DNA from: Deltaproteobacteria bacterium
GTDB lineage: Bacteria > Myxococcota_A > UBA9160 > SMWR01
DNA: 45,396 bases
Direction of reading: 5' to 3'
Assembly: GCA_032128375.1 (NCBI GenBank)
Contig: JAQBGU010000008.1
Coordinates: forward strand, 1-45,396
Both the position numbers and the translations under genes were made by a program. The notes under the pieces are model-generated. The model searched no databases and was not told the origin of the DNA. It saw only the letters and a program-made list of their open reading frames with translations. This document shows positions 18,872 to 27,617 of the stretch, one piece after another (positions within the stretch are counted from its first letter, which is position 1; every line of letters begins with the position of its first letter).

Positions 18872-21349
18872 ATGCGCAGCCTAGCCAGACGAACCCTGAT
18901 TTTCGTGGCAGCGACCCTCGTTCTCGCCGCCTGTCAGGCGGATGAAGACAAGCTCGCTGAGCACATGAGCCGTGGTGACGAATACCTCGAGGCGGAAAAT
19001 GCCGGAGCCGCCATCATCGAGTACAAGAACGTGCTGCAGATCGATCCGAATCACGCGGCCGCGCACCACGGACTTTCCAAGGCATATATGAAGAACGCGC
19101 AGGTGCGAGAAGGTTTTTGGGAATTGCGCGAGACCGTGCGGCTCGACGTGCAGAACATCGACGCGAAAGTGGAACTCGGCCAGTTGCTGGTGCTGGCGGG
19201 TGATCCGGAAGAAGCGCTGGTTCAGGCCGACTCCGCGATCGCAGTCGATCCGACGGCCCACCTGGCACACATGATTCGCGGACAAGCGCTGAACGCACTC
19301 AAGCGTCCCGATGAATCGCTCGAAGCATTCCATAAAGCCGTCGAAGTGGCACCGGACGAGTCTGCGCCGATTTTCATGCTGGCGATCGCTTACAGCGCGC
19401 GCAATGACTCTGAGGCTGCTGAGCCCCTGTTTCACAAATTTGTGGAGATGGATCCGGGATTTCGATCTTACACATCGCTTGCCAGTTTCCTCTCGCAAGA
19501 TCGCGACCGGGATGAAGAGACGGAAGCTGCATACCTCGAAGCAGCGAAACGCGCGACCGAGAGCAAAGACCAAATCCGCGCTCACGCCCACACGGCAGGC
19601 TTCTACTTTCAACGCGACCGGCTCGATGAGGCGAACGCCTACCTCGAAAAAGCCATCGCTGAGGTCGACGATCCGCTTGAGTTGATCTATCTGGCGGCTC
19701 GCTTGCATCTCTCGCAGGGCAACGAGGAAAAGGCCGATGCACTGATCGAGCAGGCCACCCACGCCGACCCTCAAGACCCGAAGCCGTACTTGGTGCTGTC
19801 CGCATATCGTGGACGGCAGCGCGATATTCCCGGGGCACTCGCGGCGGCAGAAAAGGCGATCGAGATCGCACCCGACGATATCGACGCGAACCTCCGCGTC
19901 GCCGAGATCCTGGTCGATGTCGGTTATCGGGAAGGGGACGCTGCGAAGGTGACGCGCGGTCGGGAGATTGTGGAGGGTGTGCTCGAGAGGCAGCCGTCGC
20001 ATCCCAGCGGGTTGATGGTCAAGGCCAAAATCGATCTCGCAGAGGAGAAGCTCGACGATGCGATCGCCGCCCTTCGCGCCGCAATCGACGTCGATCCCGA
20101 ACTCTCACAGGCCCACTACATCCTCGGCACCGCGTTGTCGCTTCGAGGCGAGAAGACCGCCGCGCGCACCGAACTCGCTCGAGCACTCGAGATTGATGCC
20201 GGACTGCTCGAAGCGAGGCGCGTGTTGGCACGGGTTCACGCCAATCTCTACGAGCACGAATACGCGATCGAAGAGGGGCGCCGCTACTTGCGAGAGCGGC
20301 CCGATTCCGTCGATACGCGGATCCTGGTCGCGCAGAGTCTGGTGATCCTCAAGCGAACAGATGAGGCGTTGGCTGAACTCGAACAGATCAGCGAGGAGGA
20401 GCGAACCGTCGATGTGTTGTTCGCGATGGGGCGGGTCCACCTCCGAAACGGAGACAAGAAAATCGCGCGCGATTTCATGATTCAAGCGCTCGAGATGAAT
20501 CCGACGCACCACGACATCCTGCGCAACTTGTTGCGCCTCGATCGTCAAGAGGATCGCTTCCCTGAGTCCGTCGCGCGCATCAACAAGGCGGTGGAAGCCG
20601 AGCCCGAAAATGCCAAGCTGAGGCTGCTCGTCGGTGCGGTGGCGTGGATGGACAAGCGCCAAGCGGACGCTGAGACGGCATTCAAGAAAGCCATCGAAAT
20701 CGATCCGACCGACGTGGCTGGTTACGAACATCTGGCACGCTTGTACGCGCGTACCGGTCGGCTACCGGAGGCGGTGAAGACCTACGAAGACGCGGTGAAG
20801 GTACGACCGAGTGATCCCAACCTGCATCACTTTCTGGGCATCTTGTATCAGTACGGTGGCGCGCGCGACAAGGCGATTGAGCGCTACGAGGATGCGATCA
20901 AGTACGGCCCCGATCTCGCGGAGGCCAAGAACAATCTCGCCTACATCTATGCCGAGGCGGGAGAGAATCTGGACCGCGCGCTCGACCTCGCGCAGGAGGC
21001 AAAGGCCGCGCTCCCCGATAGCCACAACGCCGCGGACACACTCGGTTGGGTGTTGTTCAAGCGAGGTATTCCGTCGGCTGCCATCAGCTACCTGAAGGAA
21101 GCTGAAGCCGGTGGCGCCGAGGCGGACGCTCCGACGATCGCGACAATCCGGCACCATCTCGCGCTCGCCTACGAATCGGACGGGTCCAAGGACAAAGCCA
21201 GCGAAGCGCTGAGACGGGCGTTGTCCGACCTCGACGAAAAGGCGTCCACCCGCCGAGCGAGCGGCGAAAAAGCTATGCAAGACCCCGAGTGGGCGACGCC
21301 GCTGCGAGCGATGTTGACCCGATTGGAGACTGAGCAAGATTCCAGCTGA
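18872..21349 (+). CDS. Large TPR-repeat lipoprotein (PrsT-like)
   Basis: ATG 18872 with GAGGT SD, lipobox LAAC, then AIIEYKNVLQIDP and many TPR units. Ends with AKNNLAYIYA...ADTLGWV...IRHHLALAY. Confidence 0.88.
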   Translation: MRSLARRTLIFVAATLVLAACQADEDKLAEHMSRGDEYLEAENAGAAIIEYKNVLQIDPNHAAAHHGLSKAYMKNAQVREGFWELRETVRLDVQNIDAKVELGQLLVLAGDPEEALVQADSAIAVDPTAHLAHMIRGQALNALKRPDESLEAFHKAVEVAPDESAPIFMLAIAYSARNDSEAAEPLFHKFVEMDPGFRSYTSLASFLSQDRDRDEETEAAYLEAAKRATESKDQIRAHAHTAGFYFQRDRLDEANAYLEKAIAEVDDPLELIYLAARLHLSQGNEEKADALIEQATHADPQDPKPYLVLSAYRGRQRDIPGALAAAEKAIEIAPDDIDANLRVAEILVDVGYREGDAAKVTRGREIVEGVLERQPSHPSGLMVKAKIDLAEEKLDDAIAALRAAIDVDPELSQAHYILGTALSLRGEKTAARTELARALEIDAGLLEARRVLARVHANLYEHEYAIEEGRRYLRERPDSVDTRILVAQSLVILKRTDEALAELEQISEEERTVDVLFAMGRVHLRNGDKKIARDFMIQALEMNPTHHDILRNLLRLDRQEDRFPESVARINKAVEAEPENAKLRLLVGAVAWMDKRQADAETAFKKAIEIDPTDVAGYEHLARLYARTGRLPEAVKTYEDAVKVRPSDPNLHHFLGILYQYGGARDKAIERYEDAIKYGPDLAEAKNNLAYIYAEAGENLDRALDLAQEAKAALPDSHNAADTLGWVLFKRGIPSAAISYLKEAEAGGAEADAPTIATIRHHLALAYESDGSKDKASEALRRALSDLDEKASTRRASGEKAMQDPEWATPLRAMLTRLETEQDSS

Positions 21350-21367
21350 GCGGATGCAGTCAATCGA

Positions 21368-21602
21368 CAGCTTGAGGGCCATTCGAGCAGCTGAAGGCTC
21401 TCATTCGCAGCTGAAGGCTCTCGTTCGATCAGCTGAGGGCTCTCGTTCGACCCGCTGAGGGCTCTCGTTCGACCCGCTGAGGGCTCTCGTTCGACCCGCT
21501 GAAGGCTCTCGTTCGACCCGCTGAAGGCTCTCTCACTTTTCCAGCTGAAGGCTCTCTCATTTTTCCAGCTGAAGGCTCTCTCATTTTTTCAGCTGAAGGC
21601 TC
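21368..21602. repeat. Tandem repeat array, about 11 units of 20/22/24 bp with core C(A/C)GCTGA(A/G)GGCTCTC
   Basis: Units start at 21368, 21388, 21408, 21430, 21452, 21474, 21496, 21518, 21542, 21566 and 21590. Examples are CCGCTGAGGGCTCTCGTTCGAC (22 bp) and CAGCTGAAGGCTCTCTCATTTTTC (24 bp). Confidence 0.95.
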
Positions 21603-21774
21603 CTCATCCACCCGCGGAAAGCAATTTTCATGCAGCCGGCGGTTCATTTTTGACCGCCCGAGGCAGTTCCGAAGATCAAGCGTTTCCCTCGCATGGTCGA
21701 TATGAGTGCGACTACCTGTGTTCCCGGGTGAAGGCCAATAGAGGCTTCCCGCGGGGATGGGTCGGAGGGATGCG

Positions 21775-23076
21775 ATGATGTCCAGGATTCCTGGGGTTCT
21801 CGGCGCTATCTGCGCGCTTTTGCTGCTGGCACCGTTGTCCGCACAGGCGGGCGAGTTGGACACAGTGGCAGTAGCCGACGCAGATCGGATCGAAGCGGGC
21901 GATGCCGACCAGCCGCCCGACGCGATGCCGGCCGATCGACCGGAATCGATGCTCGACGACACCTCTACGAGTACGGAGAAAGGCGATGACTTCGATTCTC
22001 CCGTTCCCGCCGAACTGGCCTCGGAGGCCGTCCGGGAGATTTCCAAACCGACTCCGGCCGTTCTGCTTGGCGAGATCGGCTACGACGAACTGGGACGCGA
22101 GGGGCGAATTCACATCGTCGTCGTTGGCGACACTCTCTGGGATATCTCGGAGGCCTATCTCGGCACGCCCTGGGTATGGCCGTCGATCTGGACCGACAAC
22201 AGCGACATCCAAAACCCCCATCTCATCATGCCAGCGGATCGAATCTGGATCTCTCGGTACGAGATGCGACGAGTCACGGCCGAAGAAGCTGACAGGCTAC
22301 TCGCAGGGGCGCGAGCTGACACCGACATGCCGGCCGCTTTGGAAGTCGGCTCGGATGGTGATGAACTGCCGCGGCTATACAGAGTGTCGTCTTCTGAAGC
22401 GGGCGGTTTCGTAACCCCGCAGGAGCTCGAGAGCGCGGCAAGCGTCATCGATTCCGTCGCGCCCAGGGTCATGATGGTTCAGCCGGACGAGGTCTACATC
22501 GGGTTGGGTGACTCCGAGGTTTCCGTTGGCGATCAGTTCACGATATTCCGGACCGACGCGAAAATCTTCGACCCGGACACCAATCGATTGATCGGCTATC
22601 ACGTCAACGTGCTCGGTTGGGCACAGGTCACCAAACCGGACAGCGAGACTTCGATTGCGGTGATCCGACAGTCCAACTCCGAGATCGAAGCGGGCGACCG
22701 TTTGATGCCGCGCGAAAAGGCGGTGCTCGACATCGAGGTGACTGGGTCCCCGATAGGTGTCGAAGGGCGAGTCAGCTTCCTACCGGCAGGGCGAGGAATG
22801 ATGGCGACGACCGACTTCGTCTACCTCAACCGCGGAGAACTGGATGGTGTGACGGTCGGGAACCAGCTGGCCGTCTATCGGGAGGGATGGGCAGCACCCG
22901 AAGTGGCGCGCAATGAACGTGTGCAGATTCCGGACCGACCGATCGCCGACTTGTTGGTAATTACCACGCGATCCGAGACATCAGTCGCGCTGATTACCCA
23001 CACGGAAACCGAACTCGAACTGGGAGACCGCTTTCGCGGAGCGGCTGCGTTCGCGCCGGCGGCGATGGAGCCGTAG
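21775..23076 (+). CDS. LysM peptidoglycan-binding domain protein (secreted)
   Basis: Signal peptide ending AQA, acidic linker and LysM HIVVVGDTLWDISEAYLGTPWVWPSIW...IQNPHLI. Typical neighbour of dprA. GGAGGG SD. Confidence 0.88.
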   Translation: MMSRIPGVLGAICALLLLAPLSAQAGELDTVAVADADRIEAGDADQPPDAMPADRPESMLDDTSTSTEKGDDFDSPVPAELASEAVREISKPTPAVLLGEIGYDELGREGRIHIVVVGDTLWDISEAYLGTPWVWPSIWTDNSDIQNPHLIMPADRIWISRYEMRRVTAEEADRLLAGARADTDMPAALEVGSDGDELPRLYRVSSSEAGGFVTPQELESAASVIDSVAPRVMMVQPDEVYIGLGDSEVSVGDQFTIFRTDAKIFDPDTNRLIGYHVNVLGWAQVTKPDSETSIAVIRQSNSEIEAGDRLMPREKAVLDIEVTGSPIGVEGRVSFLPAGRGMMATTDFVYLNRGELDGVTVGNQLAVYREGWAAPEVARNERVQIPDRPIADLLVITTRSETSVALITHTETELELGDRFRGAAAFAPAAMEP

Positions 23077-23158
23077 CCAGCAGGTAGACCCGGCCAGGGG
23101 GCAGGCGACGACGTAGCCTTCGCCGTCGAAGCGGCGAGCGCGCAACGAGCGACGATTG

Positions 23159-23226
23159 GGCGACCCGTTGCGAACGGGTCGCCTTAAAAGCTATCAGTGG
23201 GTTCCCCGGTCCCGGGGAACTCACTG
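23159..23226. other. Two adjacent strong inverted repeats (hairpins) between lysM and dprA
   Basis: GGCGACCCGTT-GCG-AACGGGTCGCC (23159-23183) and CAGTGGGTTCCCCGG-TC-CCGGGGAACTCACTG (23195-23226, one G-T pair). Confidence 0.8.
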
Positions 23227-24491
23227 TGCGTTCGAGTTCGAAAGATCCTGCCTCGAAAGACTCGAAAGACCCTTCGTCGAAGCACCCTGCGTCGAAAGAT
23301 CGCTTCGTTCGCCAGTCTGAGAGCGTACGGGTGCTGGACCCGGCCGATCTCGAGAATCGATCGCTGCTCGCCGACTGGTTGGCATTCCAGCGAAGCATGG
23401 CCCTCCACCCACAGCTCGCCGTTCGCGCGTTCCGAGAGTATGGCCACCCCCGGCGAGCGCTGCGCGCGGCGGATCGGTTGGTCCGTACCGCTGGCTCGCC
23501 CCGTTCAGCTGATCCAGCCCGTTCCTCTGATACGACCCGCTCTGGGCGAAAACAACACGATTGGATCGGCGCCAGCCCGAGTGCCGATCCGGCTGCCGAC
23601 CTCGCAGCTCTGGCGCGCGCGCGCGCAGTGGCGCTACCGGTTGATTCGCCCCTCTACCCGCAGCGGCTGGCCGCGCTGACTGACCCCCCGCTTTTACTGC
23701 TCGTGTGCGGGCGGCCCGAGCTACTGAGCCGTCCGGCGGTTGCGATTGTCGGCTCGCGCGCCGCGACTGTGTACGGCAAGCGGGTTGCGAGGCAGATCGG
23801 GGCCGATCTCGCCGCAGCCGGGATCACTGTTGTATCGGGGCTCGCGCGCGGGATTGATGCCGAGGCGCATGAGGGTGCGTTGGATGCCGGCGGCGTGACG
23901 GTGGCCGTGTTGGCGTGCGGGATCGATCGCGTCTACCCCCCCGAGCACCGCTCTTTGGCGCGGCGGATCGCAACCAGCGGTGCGGTGATAGGCGAACTCC
24001 CGCTCGGGACGCCGCCCAAGCCTCCGTTCTTTCCGATGCGCAATCGGCTGATCAGCGGCCTGTCATTGGCGGTGGTTGTCGTGGAGGCGCGCGTGCGAAG
24101 TGGCACGCTGATCACAGCCTCACACGCTGCGAATCAAGGACGGGATGTGTTCGCGGTCCCCGGTCCGATTACCGCGCCGACCAGTGAGGGCACCAATCGA
24201 CTGCTACGCGACGGCGCTTACGTGGCACTCGGCGCCGAAGACGTATTGCGAGAGCTGGGCGTGGAGTCGGTCCAAGCTCCCGGACCGGCTAGCCCTGTCC
24301 GGAAGATTGGAGACGGCGCAGCCTCGATCCTCGCGGCCTTGGGGGAGGCGCCCGCGTCACGAGACGAACTGGGGCACCGGCTGGGTCGAGCGCCTGAGCA
24401 ATTGGCCCTGGATCTGCTGGAACTCGAACTGGATGGACGTGTAGCTGAGGAACGCGATGGACGGCTTCTGATCGTGGATCCGCGCGAATAA
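23226..24491 (+). CDS. dprA: DNA-processing protein DprA/Smf
   Basis: YPQRL...DPP, VAIVGSRAAT.YG, VVSGLARGIDAEAH, FPMRNRLISGLS, VVEARVRSGTLITA, GRDVFAVPG and a C-terminal wHTH. The true start may be downstream (e.g. GTG 23331). Confidence 0.93.
   Translation: MRSSSKDPASKDSKDPSSKHPASKDRFVRQSESVRVLDPADLENRSLLADWLAFQRSMALHPQLAVRAFREYGHPRRALRAADRLVRTAGSPRSADPARSSDTTRSGRKQHDWIGASPSADPAADLAALARARAVALPVDSPLYPQRLAALTDPPLLLLVCGRPELLSRPAVAIVGSRAATVYGKRVARQIGADLAAAGITVVSGLARGIDAEAHEGALDAGGVTVAVLACGIDRVYPPEHRSLARRIATSGAVIGELPLGTPPKPPFFPMRNRLISGLSLAVVVVEARVRSGTLITASHAANQGRDVFAVPGPITAPTSEGTNRLLRDGAYVALGAEDVLRELGVESVQAPGPASPVRKIGDGAASILAALGEAPASRDELGHRLGRAPEQLALDLLELELDGRVAEERDGRLLIVDPRE
23238..23306. repeat. 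Imperfect tandem repeat TCGAAAGA… (9-15 bp units, x5)
   Basis: TCGAAAGATCCTGCC / TCGAAAGAC / TCGAAAGACCCTTCG / TCGAAGCACCCTGCG / TCGAAAGATCGCTTC. Reads SKDPASKDSKDPSSKHPASKD in the dprA frame. Confidence 0.8.
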
Positions 24492-24518
24492 CCCGCGCTT
24501 CGCATGGTTGTCGGGTGT

Positions 24519-24562
24519 AGTACCGGCGCAGTACTGCGCAAGTACTGCGCCAGTACGACGCG
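24519..24562. repeat. 4 x 11-bp tandem repeat AGTAC(T)GCGC-like
   Basis: AGTACCGGCGC AGTACTGCGCA AGTACTGCGCC AGTACGACGCG. Contains the palindrome GCGCAGTACTGCGC. Confidence 0.8.
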
Positions 24563-24725
24563 AAGGCGACGCGAACACAACGTGGATGCGGCTTTAGTGG
24601 GGCATGGCTACAGCGCGGAGTCCAAATTTTCAGTGCTATCGTCCAGCGCTGTGGTGCGCGCCGCGGTGCGCGCGCCGCAGCCGGAAATGTGTGCATCAAC
24701 GCGTGATTTCGGCAGCCGGGGGGCC

Positions 24726-26090
24726 ATGAGCGCGCAATCGGGTGAGGCTGCAAACAGCCGGACATCTCGGCATCTGAGCGTGATCGGTGCGGGCCTGGCT
24801 GGTTGTGAGGCAGCTTGGCAGGCGGCGCAGCGGGGTCTGGACGTCACGCTGTTCGAGATGAAGCCGATCCGCTTCTCTCCAGCGCATGTATTCGAAGGTT
24901 TCGCCGAGTTGGTCTGCAGCAACTCACTGAGGTCAAACTCGAGCGTCAACGCGGTCGGGCTGCTGAAGGAGGAAATGCGCCTTCTCGGGTCGCTGATCAT
25001 GACGGCGGCCGATGAGTCTGCGGTACCGGCAGGCCGTGCACTGGCGGTCGACCGGGAGGCGTTCTCGCAGCGAGTCACCGAAACCATCAGCTCGCATCCC
25101 CGCATCGAGATCCGGCATGAGGTGGTCGAGCGGCTGCCGGAATCGGGGCGGGTGATCCTGGCGACTGGCCCGCTGACCGCGTCCGAATTGGCCAGCGATC
25201 TCCAGGAGTTACTCGGCGATGAGTACCTGTATTTCTACGATGCCTTGTCGCCGATCATCTATGCCGATTCGATTGACACCGAAGTAGCGTTCCGTGCGTC
25301 TCGCTACGACGAGGATGGAGAAGGCGATTATCTCAACATCGCGCTGACGGAGTCGGAATACTTCGACCTCGTGGCAGCATTGCTCGGTGCTGAGACGGTT
25401 CCGCTGCACAAATTCGAGTCGAAACTGTACTTCGAAGGCTGCTTGCCGATCGAAGAGATGGCGCGTAGGGGAGCGAAAACGCTGTCGTTTGGACCGTTGA
25501 AGCCGGTGGGATTGATCGATCCCCGAACGCATGCGCGACCTTATGCGGTGCTCCAGCTTCGTCAAGAAGACAAACACGGCGCGATGTACAACCTCGTCGG
25601 CTGCCAGACGAAGATGCGCGTCGGTGACCAGCAGCGCGTTTTTCGCAGCCTGCCAGCATTGTCAGACGCGGTCTTCGCGCGCTACGGCTCGATTCACCGC
25701 AACACTTATGTGAACGCCCCGAAGCGACTTCGACCCACGCTCGAAGTCCGCGCCCGCGAGGGGCTCTATATCGCGGGACAGATGGCGGGAGTCGAGGGCT
25801 ACGTCGAGTCGGCAGCCCTGGGTTTCATTGCGGCGATCAATGCGGTAGTCGCTTGTCGCGGAGACGAGCCACTGTTGCCCTCACCCGCGACCGCTCACGG
25901 CGCGCTGATCGAATATCTGGCGAACGCGAACCCGCGGACCTTCCAACCGATGAACGTGAACTTCGGCTTGTTTCCACCGCTCGAAGGAACCGGCGGGCGG
26001 TTCAAAAAGCGCGAGAAGGCAGAGTTGATGGTTGCCCGCGCGCGCGATGCGATTGGCTCCTACGCGCGACACACCCAGGATCTGCTATGA
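24726..26090 (+). CDS. trmFO: Methylenetetrahydrofolate--tRNA-(uracil-5)-methyltransferase TrmFO
   Basis: VIGAGLAGCEAAWQ, ELVCSNSL, VPAGRALAVDR, FEGCLPIE, FGPLKPVGL, HRNTY, AGQMAGVEGYVESAA and FQPMNVNFG. ATG 24726. Confidence 0.95.
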   Translation: MSAQSGEAANSRTSRHLSVIGAGLAGCEAAWQAAQRGLDVTLFEMKPIRFSPAHVFEGFAELVCSNSLRSNSSVNAVGLLKEEMRLLGSLIMTAADESAVPAGRALAVDREAFSQRVTETISSHPRIEIRHEVVERLPESGRVILATGPLTASELASDLQELLGDEYLYFYDALSPIIYADSIDTEVAFRASRYDEDGEGDYLNIALTESEYFDLVAALLGAETVPLHKFESKLYFEGCLPIEEMARRGAKTLSFGPLKPVGLIDPRTHARPYAVLQLRQEDKHGAMYNLVGCQTKMRVGDQQRVFRSLPALSDAVFARYGSIHRNTYVNAPKRLRPTLEVRAREGLYIAGQMAGVEGYVESAALGFIAAINAVVACRGDEPLLPSPATAHGALIEYLANANPRTFQPMNVNFGLFPPLEGTGGRFKKREKAELMVARARDAIGSYARHTQDLL

Positions 26091-26100
26091 GCGATCGGGG

Positions 26101-27075
26101 ATGACTGCTCCCAAAGTCGTCGCGACGCGAATGTCGGACGCTATCGGTGAATTCGGTCTCCACTTGCGCGCCGAGCGCAACCTGTCTGCTCACACTCTCC
26201 GCGCCTATCTGGCGGACATACGCCAGTTCGCCGCAACACTCGAACACGTGCGCGAGCCGGGGACGGTTACCGCGACCGAAATCCGCGCCTACCTCGCGAG
26301 CTTGCACGGCCATCGTCACGTCTCGACAATGGGTCGCAAGCTCGCTTCGTTGCGGAGTTTCTTCCGGTTTCAAGTGCGCGAGGGGAATTGTCCGCTCGAC
26401 CCTACCGACGGAATCCCGATGCCACGAACGCCATCGCGACTGCCCAACCCGCTGTCGGTCGACGATTGTTCCGCATTGATGGAGGAGCGGGCGGACCCGC
26501 GGGATGCTGCGCGAGGCTGCCTGCGCGATCGCGCGATTGTGGAACTCCTGTACGGAGCAGGAATTCGGGTCGGAGAAATGGCTGGATTGGATGTGAGAGA
26601 TGTCGATCTCCACCGTGGTGACGTGAGGGTGCTCGGAAAGGGCCGAAAGGAGCGCGTCGTCCCGCTGCCGCTAGCTGCGCGAGAGGCGCTCGCCGACTAC
26701 CTCGAAGCCAGACGCGCGCCGGGCCTGCTGGGCGAGCCGATGTTTCCGTCGCTGCGTTCGTCGCCCGTCGATGGCGCGCGGCGTCTTTCGACGCGAGATT
26801 TTCGCAGAATCGTCAAGGCGCGTGCCCGCCGTGCGGGAATCGCAGATCGAGTTCACCCGCACCGGCTCCGACACAGCTATGCAACGCATCTGCTCGACAT
26901 GGGCGCCGACTTGCGCGAGATCCAGGAACTGCTGGGGCACGCGAGTCTTTCGACGACCCAGAAATACACTGGCGTATCGACGGAGAGGCTCGTCGAGGTC
27001 TACGATCGCAGTCATCCGAGGTCTGGCGCCCAGCCGACCCGGTCTGAGCGCGACAAGAATCGGAGGAACGAATGA
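26101..27075 (+). CDS. xerC: Tyrosine recombinase XerC
   Basis: AERNLSAHTLRAY and the catalytic R (GIRVGE), K (GKGRKER), HxxR (HRLRH), H (LLGH) and Y (TQKYT). Sits in the trmFO-xerC-hslV-hslU synteny. Confidence 0.9.
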   Translation: MTAPKVVATRMSDAIGEFGLHLRAERNLSAHTLRAYLADIRQFAATLEHVREPGTVTATEIRAYLASLHGHRHVSTMGRKLASLRSFFRFQVREGNCPLDPTDGIPMPRTPSRLPNPLSVDDCSALMEERADPRDAARGCLRDRAIVELLYGAGIRVGEMAGLDVRDVDLHRGDVRVLGKGRKERVVPLPLAAREALADYLEARRAPGLLGEPMFPSLRSSPVDGARRLSTRDFRRIVKARARRAGIADRVHPHRLRHSYATHLLDMGADLREIQELLGHASLSTTQKYTGVSTERLVEVYDRSHPRSGAQPTRSERDKNRRNE

Positions 27076-27617
27076 AGCCGGGTGAACCTGTTCGGTCGAC
27101 GACTGTGCTGGCCGTCGTGCGCGATGGGGTGATCGCGATGGCATCGGACGGTCAAGTCACGGTCGGCGACGCAATCATGAAATCGACGGCACGCAAGTCC
27201 CGCAAGGCTTCGAGGCACGAGGTTCTGCTCGGATTCGCTGGAGGCGCAGCAGACGCGCTCGCGCTGACAGAGCGCCTCGAGGCGAAATTGGACGAGTATT
27301 CCGGCAATGTGCGGCGAGCCGCGGTCGAGCTGGCCAAGAGCTGGCGGACCGACCGCGCACTCAGGCGGTTGGAGGCATTGCTGGTCATCGGCGATCGCGA
27401 AAAGGTGTTGGTCGTATCGGGCAACGGGGACGTGATCGAGCCGGACGATGGCATGGTCGCAGTCGGGTCGGGTGGCAACTACGCATTGGCGGCGGCACGG
27501 GCGTTGTCTGCCCACTCGAGCCTTGGACCGGCCCAAATCGCAGAAGAGTCGCTGCGCCTGGCCGCGGAGATCTGTATCTACACCAACGACAACATTCATG
27601 TGGTCACCTTGCCGTGA
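27072..27617 (+). CDS. hslV: ATP-dependent protease subunit HslV
   Basis: Short propeptide then STTVLAV (N-terminal Thr), [33 protein letters not shown] and ICIYTN. Confidence 0.96.
   Translation: MKPGEPVRSTTVLAVVRDGVIAMASDGQVTVGDAIMKSTARKSRKASRHEVLLGFAGGAADALALTERLEAKLDEYSGNVRRAAVELAKSWRTDRALRRLEALLVIGDREKVLVVSGNGDVIEPDDGMVAVGSGGNYALAAARALSAHSSLGPAQIAEESLRLAAEICIYTNDNIHVVTLP

Noticed and set aside
21368..21602. CRISPR array
   Set aside because: The units are contiguous 20-24 bp repeats with no unique ~30-40 bp spacers, and there are no cas genes in the window.
21429..22046. Minus-strand 205-aa ORF with REPSAG repeats
   Set aside because: It is mostly antisense to lysM and runs through the DNA repeat, whose 22-bp units shift the peptide frame. 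It is better explained as a by-product of the array.
26101..27075. Phage or integron integrase marking a mobile element
   Set aside because: It sits in the housekeeping trmFO-xerC-hslV-hslU order. I saw no att sites, cassettes, dif-like site or phage genes.
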